Positions 29,211-39,179 of a stretch of 54,021 nucleotides of DNA are shown here, one piece after another. Source of the stretch: Sphingomonadaceae bacterium. GTDB lineage: Bacteria > Pseudomonadota > Alphaproteobacteria > Sphingomonadales > Sphingomonadaceae. Location: NCBI GenBank assembly GCA_031426075.1, contig JANPKN010000262.1, positions 1 through 54,021 on the forward strand, given 5' to 3'. The first letter of the stretch is position 1. Each line of letters begins with the position of its first letter. The position numbers and the translations under genes are program-made. The notes under the pieces are model-generated. The model was not told the origin of the DNA and did no database searches. It was given only the letters and a program-made list of their open reading frames with translations.

Positions 29211-30292
29211 GGCATCCTCACGGTCATATCGACCAACGTGGCACCGGTCGTGTCCTGCCGCGGTGTTGCGGTGATACGAAACCCGTCTTGCTGAATGGTC
29301 ACGAGCGCTTTGTTAATATTGTCCGCAGCAGGCGCCGCCATGACAACCGTCAATATGCCATCCGGCGTGTATCGTAACTCACGCACCGATACGTTGGGCG
29401 ACGTCTTCACGCTGCGCCACAAAGCAGCGGACAGGGGCGCAAAGCCGCCTCGTGTTTTGCCTTGGCGGTTAAGCGACGCGGCCAGCATACTTTCGGCCTG
29501 GTCGATTTCTTGTATCGCCGGATCGATTTTCTGCGCTGCAACCAAGGCGGTTTCGTTTTCAGAAGCAGTTGCTGTCCAATATTTTGCAAGCGTCACAAAA
29601 GTTATCATCATGGTCACGATTAGAAGCGTCGTTAAAAGCCGCCTGGCCCAGGTCCGCTGCTCCGCCGTCATCCAGATTGTCCGCTCCCGTTTTGCGAACA
29701 AGCCCTCGCGTAAATTTAGCAATGGCGTGGCGCTAGCGGACAGAAGCATCGTACGAACGATATCGGGGTCAATCGTTTCTATTGAGGTGGCGCCAATGAA
29801 TATGTCGCGTAGCACCGCTTCGTCGGGGATAGCGAATTGCGGGCCTCGCAGGACAGTCAAGCCGTCCATATCCGCCCTAAAAATGCCGTCAGAATCGATA
29901 CGCACAACAAGCGCAAATGGTATAACGATGTCCGGGTTCAGTCCCCGCGCAGCAAGGCGATCAAGACCCCGTTGCATAACCTCAGGCGCAATTGTCGCCG
30001 TGGCTACGACCTCGTCAAAATCCGATCCAGCGCTGCTATGCACTAGCCCAAGTGATTGTTCGGTCGCGCGCAATCTGGCAACGCTTTCGGCTTGTCTGCC
30101 TTCAATATCCGACAGTCCAAACCAGTTGCACCGGACATCCTCTGGCGCAACAAGCGCCATGACGGTAATGTCTTCAACCGACGGTACAAAATCCGAAAGT
30201 GCACCGGCATTTTGCCATACGCCTTCCGTGACGAGGAATACTGACGGATTATCCTGTTCGCTCATCGGGAACCGGGTGATGACCAATGTCAT
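29207..30292 (-). CDS. gspL: Type II secretion protein L
   Basis: Cytoplasmic domain, LNLREGLF, single TM, periplasmic domain; ATG 30292 overlaps gspK stop. Confidence 0.82.
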   Translation of the reverse strand: MTLVITRFPMSEQDNPSVFLVTEGVWQNAGALSDFVPSVEDITVMALVAPEDVRCNWFGLSDIEGRQAESVARLRATEQSLGLVHSSAGSDFDEVVATATIAPEVMQRGLDRLAARGLNPDIVIPFALVVRIDSDGIFRADMDGLTVLRGPQFAIPDEAVLRDIFIGATSIETIDPDIVRTMLLSASATPLLNLREGLFAKRERTIWMTAEQRTWARRLLTTLLIVTMMITFVTLAKYWTATASENETALVAAQKIDPAIQEIDQAESMLAASLNRQGKTRGGFAPLSAALWRSVKTSPNVSVRELRYTPDGILTVVMAAPAADNINKALVTIQQDGFRITATPRQDTTGATLVDMTVRMP

Positions 30293-31275
30293 TCCTCCTC
30301 CCCCCAACTACGCCATACAACGCGCGCAGGCGCAGGAGAGGCGACAATCATTGACTGTCCAGCAAGCGAGAGTTCGCCAAATGACACCATTGTGTTCAAA
30401 AGGAAGTAATTGCTTGTCAGTTTTACCTGCCCTTGAACCAGAGGAGACGGCCCGAGCGCCACAAGTTCAGGTGCGGCCCAGAATCGAATGAGGCTGCCAT
30501 AGCCACTTGATGGCCGCTTGGCGAGATAGCTACGCGCAGTGGCCAAATTCATCTTGCCGGGCGGAAAAAGCATAGCCAGCAGTGGTGCCTGCTCAGGTAG
30601 CAGTGTGTTGACATTCAACGGCGACAAAACCGGTTCAGGAAGCGCACAAATCCAACCCTTCAACTTCGCATAAATTGCGGGACTGATACCCTTCACCGCG
30701 CGCAGTTCGCTTGGGTGAGCAAATGGCCTGTTCGCCGCGAGATACGGCGTAGCTGCTGACCGGTAGCCATCATCCTCTACACCATTGGATAAGGGTGTGA
30801 TATTGCTGTCCGCCCAGTCTGCGGCTGCAGCGGCAACAGCCCGCGCCGCGTTTTCGTTAGTGCCCAACACCACCATCAACGACGTCATTTGATCTTGCCC
30901 AGTCGCACTGGCCAGATATTGGCCCTCGGTTTCGGTCACCAGACTGTTGAGATTGAAGCAGTTTCCCGCGTCACGTACGGTCGCCGTTGCAGAGCCAATT
31001 GGGATCGGAATAGTTTGCGGCTTTCCAAGCCAATCGCCTGCCAAAGTTGTTTGCGCGGCATCGCGGGCAACCAAATCTTCGATACGTGCCGCAGCAATCG
31101 CTTCGGCTGCGTAGGTAAACATCCGTGCCTGTGCAAGGGCGTTGCCATTGGCGGACAGTCTGCTCGACAGGCTAAGCCTATCCAGCGTCGTCGCCGCGAT
31201 CACGGCAAGAACCGCAACCATCAGCAAGACTGACAACAAGGCTGCGCCGCGTTCAGAAGGCTTGGGCCACATCAT
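30289..31275 (-). CDS. gspK: Type II secretion minor pseudopilin K
   Basis: ERGAALLSVL, CFNLNSL, ADWAD, SELRAVKG, LNVNT. Confidence 0.9.
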   Translation of the reverse strand: MMWPKPSERGAALLSVLLMVAVLAVIAATTLDRLSLSSRLSANGNALAQARMFTYAAEAIAAARIEDLVARDAAQTTLAGDWLGKPQTIPIPIGSATATVRDAGNCFNLNSLVTETEGQYLASATGQDQMTSLMVVLGTNENAARAVAAAAADWADSNITPLSNGVEDDGYRSAATPYLAANRPFAHPSELRAVKGISPAIYAKLKGWICALPEPVLSPLNVNTLLPEQAPLLAMLFPPGKMNLATARSYLAKRPSSGYGSLIRFWAAPELVALGPSPLVQGQVKLTSNYFLLNTMVSFGELSLAGQSMIVASPAPARVVWRSWGEEE

Positions 31276-31916
31276 CCTTGTGTGCCCGTTTCAATGCTGG
31301 GCGGAGCAACGCGGGTTTGCGGCCCCACAAGAAAAAGCATGCGTTGTTGGGGTTTTCCCTCCAGAGTTACGGTTAAGGCAACGGCGCGCGGCAATGCATT
31401 AGCATCTGCCGCAGTCCAATCATCGCGCCATGCACCTTTGTCATCGCGAAATTCGGCTTGCGCAGATGCCACGTTTTCCAACAAAATCGCTGCGTCAGCA
31501 GGCGCTGCTCCATCGAGCATCGGCCAACTCAGGCGCTTCAGCGCGCCATCTTCCAAAACATAGGACACCCGTTGCAACCCTGCCCTTGGCGCGCCGTCGA
31601 AATTGGACCAGCCTGCACGCACAAACCCGAACAAAGCCCCCGGGACGCTTGCATCGCCTTGCGTGAAAGCAGGGACAGGTTGGCCTGACTGATCCCGCAC
31701 AGGCCGAGCCATAGTCTGCGCCAAATCGCTCTCTAGACTGTTGGCCAAGCGGTGGGACAAGGCCATTTCCTCAAGGCGCTTCTTAACCGCGATTTGTGTG
31801 TCGCTACCCGATCGCAATAATGTCACACCAGCGACGGAAATGAGCGCAAAAATTGCAAGCGCGACGAGCAACTCGATCAAGGTAAACCCGGCTTCTGACG
31901 ATCGAAACTGGTTCAT
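31272..31916 (-). CDS. gspJ: Type II secretion minor pseudopilin J
   Basis: GFTLIELLVAL prepilin motif; RAGWSN, LQRVSY. Confidence 0.9.
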   Translation of the reverse strand: MNQFRSSEAGFTLIELLVALAIFALISVAGVTLLRSGSDTQIAVKKRLEEMALSHRLANSLESDLAQTMARPVRDQSGQPVPAFTQGDASVPGALFGFVRAGWSNFDGAPRAGLQRVSYVLEDGALKRLSWPMLDGAAPADAAILLENVASAQAEFRDDKGAWRDDWTAADANALPRAVALTVTLEGKPQQRMLFLVGPQTRVAPPSIETGTQG

Positions 31917-32299
31917 TGCTCAACTGGCCTGGCAATCGTGAGGCGAGCCTTACGAAGTGCTGCATTTCCGGAGCCAACCACTGCAATATCAACTGTAACC
32001 AACCGGCGATCATCGGTGGAACGCGTCGTTGCGGTCCAAACCCAGTTTTGGCCGCCATTGATTTCCTCGCCACGCGTTTCCCCCAATGTCGGCGGCGCGG
32101 GGTTAGACAGGATTTCAACGGCCACGTTCCGCGCCACCTGCCAGGCCATGCTGCTATCGCCCAGGTTGGCGGTCGAGCGCACCGAGTATCCCTGCAGGCG
32201 GACCATGGCCAAAGCCGCCAGGCTGAAAATCGCCAACGCAACCATGATTTCCAACAGCGTAAAGCCATTTCGTGGGGAAAAGGTCTTAACGGACGACAC
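31913..32299 (-). CDS. gspI: Type II secretion minor pseudopilin I
   Basis: GFTLLEIMVALAIF; GQNWVW. Confidence 0.9.
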   Translation of the reverse strand: MSSVKTFSPRNGFTLLEIMVALAIFSLAALAMVRLQGYSVRSTANLGDSSMAWQVARNVAVEILSNPAPPTLGETRGEEINGGQNWVWTATTRSTDDRRLVTVDIAVVGSGNAALRKARLTIARPVEQ

Positions 32300-32774
32300 G
32301 GATGTCTCCGGTTGAGGCGAGGGTAATCGTTACGGTTACATTATCATGTTTGATTGCGATATTGGCTGCGGTTGATGGCATGCCAGTACTGTCGAAAACG
32401 ACCCGCATCTGCCGTACGCCGGGTATCTGAACAGTGGTGCCACCTCTCCAGTCCGTTGTTGAAAAAGGCGCCTCCGATAATGGAGCCCATGTGCCATTGT
32501 TGCGCGCTTCAAACCCGTAGCCAGAAGGTCGTATCGTCACTGCCATGGTGCGCGATTGCAATATGGCGTTATCTCGCAGAGCGGCCACCCGTGCGGCAAA
32601 TTCCTCCGCCTCGTCACGCACGCCGCGTTCTGGCGAACGCACAGTCATTACCACGGCGGTACTGGCAATTCCGATTATGAATATCACCACCATGAGCTCC
32701 ACTAAAGTGAAGCCGCGTTCATTATCGCGGATAGATTGATGCACCGACGGTTTAGTCGCCGTAAATATCGGCAT
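32286..32774 (-). CDS. gspH: Type II secretion minor pseudopilin H
   Basis: GFTLVELMVVI; likely start ATG 32774 overlapping the gspG 3' end. Confidence 0.85.
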   Translation of the reverse strand: MPIFTATKPSVHQSIRDNERGFTLVELMVVIFIIGIASTAVVMTVRSPERGVRDEAEEFAARVAALRDNAILQSRTMAVTIRPSGYGFEARNNGTWAPLSEAPFSTTDWRGGTTVQIPGVRQMRVVFDSTGMPSTAANIAIKHDNVTVTITLASTGDIRVVR

Positions 32775-33228
32775 TTTCATTCTCGCCGCCGGGTGCACCA
32801 TCGGCGCCAAGCGAATAGACATCAAAGGCGCCATTTTTTCCGGGTACGCTGTATTGATATGGACGGTTCCATGGGTCCATCGGCAGTTTCTTGATGTAAC
32901 CTTCATTGCGCATCGCACCGGTTGCAGGCGGCGTCACCAACGCTTGCAGGCCGGCGCCTGCATCCGGGTACGTCAGATTATCAAGCCGATAAGTCTCCAA
33001 CGCCTGTCCCAAGACCGCGATGTCTGCCCGCGCCTTTTGCACCATTGCCTTGTCCTGATTTGGCAGCACGTTAATAGCCACAACCGTCGTCAGAAGCGCA
33101 AGAATGAACAATGTGACCATCATTTCAACAAGAGTGAACCCGTTGCGCTCCACCTTTACCGACTTCCGGCGGAACTTCATCGGCGCTCGACTAGAGTCAG
33201 TGAAAAGATGAAAAAGTATGCGGAGCAT
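32752..33228 (-). CDS. gspG: Type II secretion major pseudopilin G
   Basis: GFTLVEMMV, YRLDN..YP, LPMDPW, SLGADG. Confidence 0.93.
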   Translation of the reverse strand: MLRILFHLFTDSSRAPMKFRRKSVKVERNGFTLVEMMVTLFILALLTTVVAINVLPNQDKAMVQKARADIAVLGQALETYRLDNLTYPDAGAGLQALVTPPATGAMRNEGYIKKLPMDPWNRPYQYSVPGKNGAFDVYSLGADGAPGGENENADIYGD

Positions 33229-33230
33229 GT

Positions 33231-34451
33231 TTAAAGTCCCGTAAGGTTTTGAAGTTGAAGGATAGGCAACAATATTGCCAATATGATGACCGCGACAACG
33301 CCGCCCATGGCGACAATGATCAGCGGTTCGAGCAGCGAAAGCGCGGTGCTGGTGAAGTTATCAAATTCGCGTTCGAGATATTCGGCAGCGCGTTCAAGCA
33401 TATGATCAAGCTGGCCTGCGCTTTCGCCACTTGCCGTTAGATAAACGAGCAAGGGCGGAAAAACGCCGCTTGTGCGCATGGCGCCCGAAAGGCTGCCCCC
33501 GCTGCGCACTGACTCCACAATCTCTTCATTCGCCGCCGATAATACTGTGTTACGAATGGTTCCACCCGTCAGGCGCAACCCTTCAAGCAATGGCAAACGG
33601 CTTGCAACCATTGTGGCCAATGTGCGGGCCATGCGTGCCGCGTGGAGGTTACGCAACAGCTTACCAAGAAAGGGAATACGCAGAATATTGCGATCAACCG
33701 CGAAGCGAAAGGCCGGCTGCTTAAGCGCTTGCGCAAAGAGGAATGCCCCCAACAAAGCGACAATGATAAGCACCCAATAATAATTCGCCAAAAATGCCGA
33801 AATGCCAATCACAATTCGCGTAATCAATGGCAATTGCTGGTCCACATTGTCGAATTGTTCAACGACCCGCGGGACGACAGACACCATCAACCCCATGACT
33901 ACTAATATTGCTACGAGCGACAGGATCGCGGGGTAAGCCAGCGCGCCAATTAACTTGCCCCGCATTTCTGCCTGACGTTCGAGCAACACTGCAAGACGCT
34001 CGGTAATCAGCGGCAAGGTTCCCGCCCCCTCACCTGCGGCAATCATTGCGCGGTAAAGCGCTGGAAAACTGTTACTTTCGCGTCGCATCGCCTCAGACAA
34101 ACGCTGCCCCTCAACGACGCCGGTGTGGACGCCCGTCAAAATCTGACGCACATGGGGTTGTTCGCTTTGGCGGCTGATCGTGCGCAACGCCTCTTCCAAG
34201 GGCGACACTTGCGCCAATGATGACAATTGCCGGGTAAATAACGTCAACTGCTTTGCGTTTAGGCGCGCCTGTCGTTTCAGCGGCAGGTTGGCAAATGCGG
34301 ATGCCCGCACTTCGGCAGGCGCGACGCTGACGATATACAATTTCTTCGAAACCAATGCTTCACGTGCCAGATCATCATTGGCAGCGGCAATCCGCCCTCG
34401 CCGCTCGCGCCCGTCAGAATCGATGGCGTGATAGGCAAATTCAGGCATCAA
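33231..34451 (-). CDS. gspF: Type II secretion inner membrane protein F
   Basis: FTRQL, AGEGAG, YPAIL, GESAGQL, LEPLII. Confidence 0.93.
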   Translation of the reverse strand: MMPEFAYHAIDSDGRERRGRIAAANDDLAREALVSKKLYIVSVAPAEVRASAFANLPLKRQARLNAKQLTLFTRQLSSLAQVSPLEEALRTISRQSEQPHVRQILTGVHTGVVEGQRLSEAMRRESNSFPALYRAMIAAGEGAGTLPLITERLAVLLERQAEMRGKLIGALAYPAILSLVAILVVMGLMVSVVPRVVEQFDNVDQQLPLITRIVIGISAFLANYYWVLIIVALLGAFLFAQALKQPAFRFAVDRNILRIPFLGKLLRNLHAARMARTLATMVASRLPLLEGLRLTGGTIRNTVLSAANEEIVESVRSGGSLSGAMRTSGVFPPLLVYLTASGESAGQLDHMLERAAEYLEREFDNFTSTALSLLEPLIIVAMGGVVAVIILAILLPILQLQNLTGL

Positions 34452-35997
34452 CTACGTCTTCGCGGCGTGATATTCGGATGGCCTCCTCCGGCGTTGTGTC
34501 CCCGCTCCGCACCAATTTGCGTGCGGCCGCACTCAGATTGGGTTGGTTCACAAAGGCATGACGCGCCAGTATGGCTTCATCTCCACCGTCATTAATCAAC
34601 CGGCGGATGGTTTCATCCACGCGCACTGCCTCAAATACGCCAATACGACCAAGGAAACCAGTATTGTTGCATTCAGGGCAGCCGACGGCTTTGTAAACCG
34701 CTGTGCCCTTATCAAAGCCAAGCAAGGATGCCGCATTGCCATTTGCCTGAACCGTTTGGCGGCAATGAGGGCACAAGCGGCGCACAAGCCGTTGCGCGAT
34801 AACGGCACGCAAGGTCGAGGCGAGCAGGAAAGGCTCCACCTTCATATCGCGCATGCGCGTGATTGCGCCGAGTGCGTCATTGGTATGGACGGTGGTCAGG
34901 ACCAGATGCCCCGTAAGCGCAGCCTGTACAGCGATATCGGCGGTTTCGCGGTCACGGATTTCGCCGACCATCACCACGTCAGGGTCCTGGCGCAATATGG
35001 CGCGCAGCCCAGCAGCAAAGGTCATTCCGACTTTGGAATTGACTTGCGTCTGGCCAATACCCTCGACCGCGTATTCAACAGGATCTTCGACTGTCAATAT
35101 ATTGCGCGTTCCGTCATTCAGACGCTTCAGACCCGCATATAATGTTGTAGTTTTACCCGACCCGGTCGGGCCAGTTACAAGGATGATCCCATTGGGTTCG
35201 GCCAATGCTTCGCGTAATATCTTGAGCGTCTCTTCAGACATGCCCAACAAATCCAGAGAAATTCCGGCGTTTTCATTGTCCAGAATACGCATCACGACAC
35301 GCTCGCCCGCGCGACTGGGAAGCGTTGATACACGCACGTCGACCATTTTTCCGCCAAGCGTAAGACCAATACGTCCATCCTGAGGAATGCGGCGTTCGGC
35401 AATGTCGAGACGCGCCATAACCTTGATACGGCTGACGACTACAGGAGCGACATTGGCAGGCAGACGAAGGCGTTCCTGCAAGACGCCATCAGCGCGCATG
35501 CGGATGACGAGGCCAGTTTCATAAGGCTCAATATGAATATCGGACACACCCTGCCGCACAGCCTCAGCGATGATACCGTTTATTAGCCGGATGACGGGCG
35601 CATCATCCGCACTGTCGAGCAGGTCGTCAGCACTTGGCAGCATGTCAGACAAGAGATCGCCGTCATTATTGCCGATCGACCCGGCCATCGCTGCCGCGCT
35701 GCCGTCCATCGCGTAATGATCGGACAGATAGCGATCAAAAGATTGGTTATCCACCATTTCGACGTCGAAGGGCATCGACAGATACCGTCGCACCTCAAGC
35801 AACATGAGCGGATCGGCACCCTCTCGCATGGCAACGACTAAACGGTCATGGCTTTGGTGACGTAAAACAAGGCCATGCGTTTTGGCAAAGGCATAAGGCA
35901 GATCAAGCAAAGGCTTAATGTGTGCAACCGCGACCGATGCGACTGGTTCAGAAACCATCACGCTATCTCGTCCCAACGCGCCCCCCGGACCAGTCAT
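34441..35997 (-). CDS. gspE: Type II secretion ATPase E
   Basis: SDIHIEP, GPTGSGKTTT, RQDPDVVMVGEIRD, TGHLV, CPHC/CPEC zinc motif. Confidence 0.95.
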   Translation of the reverse strand: MTGPGGALGRDSVMVSEPVASVAVAHIKPLLDLPYAFAKTHGLVLRHQSHDRLVVAMREGADPLMLLEVRRYLSMPFDVEMVDNQSFDRYLSDHYAMDGSAAAMAGSIGNNDGDLLSDMLPSADDLLDSADDAPVIRLINGIIAEAVRQGVSDIHIEPYETGLVIRMRADGVLQERLRLPANVAPVVVSRIKVMARLDIAERRIPQDGRIGLTLGGKMVDVRVSTLPSRAGERVVMRILDNENAGISLDLLGMSEETLKILREALAEPNGIILVTGPTGSGKTTTLYAGLKRLNDGTRNILTVEDPVEYAVEGIGQTQVNSKVGMTFAAGLRAILRQDPDVVMVGEIRDRETADIAVQAALTGHLVLTTVHTNDALGAITRMRDMKVEPFLLASTLRAVIAQRLVRRLCPHCRQTVQANGNAASLLGFDKGTAVYKAVGCPECNNTGFLGRIGVFEAVRVDETIRRLINDGGDEAILARHAFVNQPNLSAAARKLVRSGDTTPEEAIRISRREDVVDA

Positions 35998-38183
35998 TAT
36001 TGCCCGTCCCCGTTTGTGGACAATACAGCACTCGGCGGCACTTCTGCAGGTTGAAGGGGACCTGCTGCTGGTGGTCGTGTCAGATTTCCATCTGCGCCAA
36101 TCATTATGTCATTCGCGCGTGCGGCGGGCTCAGTTGGAGGAACGGCCCCCATATAATCGCGCAGCAGTTCATCAATGCTTGGTTCGGCGTCAGGATTGCG
36201 TACGCGCTGCATGTCGCGGACATAATCGTAGCGGCGCGCGGTCAATCGGTCGCCATCTTCCCGGCTACGTAGAATCGTCGGCCGGATGAACACCATCAGG
36301 TTGGTTTTGCTGCGACTTCTGCTGCGCGACTTGAACAATTCACCAATGATAGGAATGTCGCTGAGCAGAGGAATACGTTCGATAGTGCGGCGCTCATCAT
36401 CGTTCAGTAACCCGCCAATGGCCAACAATTGCCCATCGCCAACGGTCAAAGTCGTTTCAAATTCGCGCTTGTTGAGGATGAGGTCGCTTGACCGCGAAGA
36501 AACCGGGCCGGCGACGCTAGACACTTCCTGTTTCAGAAACAGCTTCACATCGCCTTGCGCGTTGACCTGAGGTGTTACCTCAAGTTTGATCCCGACTTCC
36601 TGTCGCTGCACAGTGCGGAAGGCATTTTCGAAGTTTGCAGACAATTGCTCGCCAGTGCTGACCGGCACTTCTTGGCCTACAAGGAACTTTGCTTTTTGGT
36701 TGTTCAACGTCACAATATGCGGGGTCGCCAAAAGATTGGATTCCGTATCCGCCGCAATGGCATTGATGATCGTGCCGAAAATCGCATTCCTGCCAATATC
36801 GAGTGCAAAACCGCCAAAACCGCCTGTTGCGCTCAATATGGATGCGGCAGCAGCCTCTTGCAAACTATCGCCCAAAGCACTGTTGGTAGACGTAGTGGTT
36901 GTGTTTCCATTGACGGTCGTCGTCGTGCGGGTCAGTTCCTCCGCACCTATGGCCCCCGCGATAGTCAGGATATTCGGCGAAGCGTTGGAATAATTCGTCG
37001 CGGCAAATGGCGCGTCTCTGCCGCCCACTAGAAATTGTACGCCAAGCTTTCTGGCGGCTTCATTGCCGATTTCCACGACGATTGCTTCGACGAGGACTTG
37101 TTCAGGCCGGGTGTCGAGTTGACGGATAAGCTCACCCAAGGTGCGCTGAACTTCCGGATTGGCCGCTACGATCAGAGCGTTCGTGCCCTCGTACCGTGTC
37201 ACCACGACCGGCCCGCGACCGCCGATACCGTTGACGCCCGAACCCGACGAAGTCGCAACCATCGGCGCTGACACAGCCGCGGGCACAGCGCCGTTCGAAG
37301 GTGCAGCAATCGGCGGCACGTCATTGGCCTGCGAACCACCGCTTTGCCCACCGATGAGCGACTGCACCGTCTCCAGCAAGGTCGCTGCGTTGGCATGCTC
37401 AAGCCGGTAAACGCGGATTTCTGCACCAGATTGCGCACGTGCATCAAGCTGCTTGGCCATGGCTGCAAAGCGGGCAACTGACGTTGGATCACCGCGCAGC
37501 GCAATTGCGTTGCTGCTGTCAATCGCTACCACGGAGACGGGTGAGCGCCCGCCCTCGCCGCCACCTTGTCCGGCCAACCCTTGCAATGCGGTCGCAATTT
37601 CCCGCGCACCGGCATTGTCGAGGGTAACAATCTGCGTGGCTGCACTGTCGCGGTCGATTTGGCGAATGAGGTCGCGGATGCGGCGAATATTGTCTGCGTA
37701 ATCTGCCACAACGAGGCTATTCGCGCTTCGGTTTGCAGTTAACGAGCCTTCGCGGCTGATGAGGGGGCGCAAGGTTTCTACCGCAGTAGTTGCATCAATC
37801 GAACGCAAGCGGAACACCTCAGTCACAAACTGGCTGGCGGACGCCGCCCTGCTGCCGACGCGGGTCGGTTGCGTTGCCGCGCTATCTGAAGGTTGAATAC
37901 GATATCCACCGCCCCGCATGGGAATGGCGACCAAGCCGTTTGCGCGAAGCGTAGACAAAAACACTTCGAAATATTCCGAACGCGACAATGGCCGGTCGGT
38001 GACAACTGAAACCTTGCCATTGACGCGGCCGTCAACGATGAAAGTCTGGCCAGTTACGCGAGCGGCATCCTGCACAAATGCGCGAATGTCTGCGTCACGG
38101 ACGTTAAGCGTCTGCTGCGCAGCCGCTGGTGAAGTAAAAATGAGCGTGCTGCACGCCAGCCATAGGGAAAATTTACGGATCAC
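35997..38183 (-). CDS. gspD: Type II secretion secretin D
   Basis: Signal peptide, N0-N3 domains, QVLVEAIVVE, IPLLSDIPIIGELF, NLMVFIRPTI. Confidence 0.95.
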   Translation of the reverse strand: MIRKFSLWLACSTLIFTSPAAAQQTLNVRDADIRAFVQDAARVTGQTFIVDGRVNGKVSVVTDRPLSRSEYFEVFLSTLRANGLVAIPMRGGGYRIQPSDSAATQPTRVGSRAASASQFVTEVFRLRSIDATTAVETLRPLISREGSLTANRSANSLVVADYADNIRRIRDLIRQIDRDSAATQIVTLDNAGAREIATALQGLAGQGGGEGGRSPVSVVAIDSSNAIALRGDPTSVARFAAMAKQLDARAQSGAEIRVYRLEHANAATLLETVQSLIGGQSGGSQANDVPPIAAPSNGAVPAAVSAPMVATSSGSGVNGIGGRGPVVVTRYEGTNALIVAANPEVQRTLGELIRQLDTRPEQVLVEAIVVEIGNEAARKLGVQFLVGGRDAPFAATNYSNASPNILTIAGAIGAEELTRTTTTVNGNTTTTSTNSALGDSLQEAAAASILSATGGFGGFALDIGRNAIFGTIINAIAADTESNLLATPHIVTLNNQKAKFLVGQEVPVSTGEQLSANFENAFRTVQRQEVGIKLEVTPQVNAQGDVKLFLKQEVSSVAGPVSSRSSDLILNKREFETTLTVGDGQLLAIGGLLNDDERRTIERIPLLSDIPIIGELFKSRSRSRSKTNLMVFIRPTILRSREDGDRLTARRYDYVRDMQRVRNPDAEPSIDELLRDYMGAVPPTEPAARANDIMIGADGNLTRPPAAGPLQPAEVPPSAVLSTNGDGQ

Positions 38184-39001
38184 TATTGTTCCAGATTTAG
38201 AGCGATGGGGACCTTCGAACCGCCGCGTTCGACTTCGACGCTTATACGCGCTCCCGGCCTGAATTGAGAAGCTATATCCGCACCTGATGACACAGGACGA
38301 CCGTTAACAGCAACGACGACATCGCCAGCCTGAAATCCGGCGAGCCGAAGCATGGTGCCATCGTCCTGCGCTTTCAAAACAAGACCAGTTACCCTGCCAC
38401 CTTCGTTGCGCGGCGCGAAACCGATTGCCTTTTGAAGTGTAGCTGCATTTATTCCACCGTTTGCGGATAAGGTTGGAGCTGTTTGAGTTAGCGCGTCGGA
38501 TGGGCTGACTGTTTCCGCCGGGACCGACTGATCCAGATAGAGGGATTCCTTGACCCCGCCGCGCGATAAAATCACATGGTCAAAGGCAACGGAATCGAGC
38601 GTTACGCCAGGAGCGACTTCCTCGCCGACCGCATAGCTAGTTTGAATGCCGTCTTCGCCTGCAATAATGGCCGCGCCGCTACCTGTGTTTTCATTCGCGC
38701 GAACCCCAAATAGAACCAAGCTCAACGATGTAACGTTTTGCGTGGTGGCAGCAGGTGCGTCATTCCGGTAAAAAGGGTCAAACCCTGAAAAAAGCGAAAG
38801 CCGGGCTGCTGCTGGGACAAAATTAACTGAAGGCGCGCGCCAACCCGCAACTGGACCAACTGGTGTTACGATTATCCATAAAAGTCGGGCAACTTGGATA
38901 GCCAATAGAAGGCCAATGACGGCAATGAGAACGCTACCCATAGGCACAAACGTCAGCCGGCGTGATTGCACCTTCACCCTTTCCGCCAACGATATTGCCA
39001 C
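38183..39001 (-). CDS. gspC: Type II secretion protein C with C-terminal PDZ
   Basis: TM, FDPF, LFGV...AII HR domain, GFQAGDVVVAVNG PDZ; likely start GTG 39001 after a G-rich RBS. Confidence 0.82.
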   Translation of the reverse strand: MAISLAERVKVQSRRLTFVPMGSVLIAVIGLLLAIQVARLLWIIVTPVGPVAGWRAPSVNFVPAAARLSLFSGFDPFYRNDAPAATTQNVTSLSLVLFGVRANENTGSGAAIIAGEDGIQTSYAVGEEVAPGVTLDSVAFDHVILSRGGVKESLYLDQSVPAETVSPSDALTQTAPTLSANGGINAATLQKAIGFAPRNEGGRVTGLVLKAQDDGTMLRLAGFQAGDVVVAVNGRPVSSGADIASQFRPGARISVEVERGGSKVPIALNLEQ

Positions 39002-39051
39002 AAAACCCCCCTTGGCGAATCCGCCCGTTGATGCGGGATTAAGACGCCGTT

Positions 39052-39091
39052 GTGACTTAAAAGTGAAGTTAAAATGACAATTTCGTGACGA
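39052..39091 (-). promoter_or_regulatory. Pho-box array upstream of gspC (gsp operon)
   Basis: Minus strand TCGTCAC-gaaa-TTGTCAT-ttta-ACTTCAC-tttt-AAGTCAC: four half-sites at exact 11-bp period with AT-rich spacers. Confidence 0.72.
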
Positions 39092-39117
39092 TTCCCATCT
39101 ATCGCCGGACGAAGCAC

Positions 39118-39157
39118 AAAATGACGGCGACATGTTGAACCCAACACGTCGCCGTCA
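39118..39157 (-). terminator. Intrinsic terminator after the TonB-dependent receptor
   Basis: TGACGGCGAC/GTCGCCGTCA stem with inner extension, followed by TTTT on the minus strand. Confidence 0.7.
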
Positions 39158-39179
39158 GTCAGGGGGGATAGCAAATCGG

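Noticed and set aside
29295-30491. 398-aa plus-strand ORF
   Set aside because: Antisense shadow of gspL/gspK; Ser/Ala/Arg-rich with no recognisable motifs
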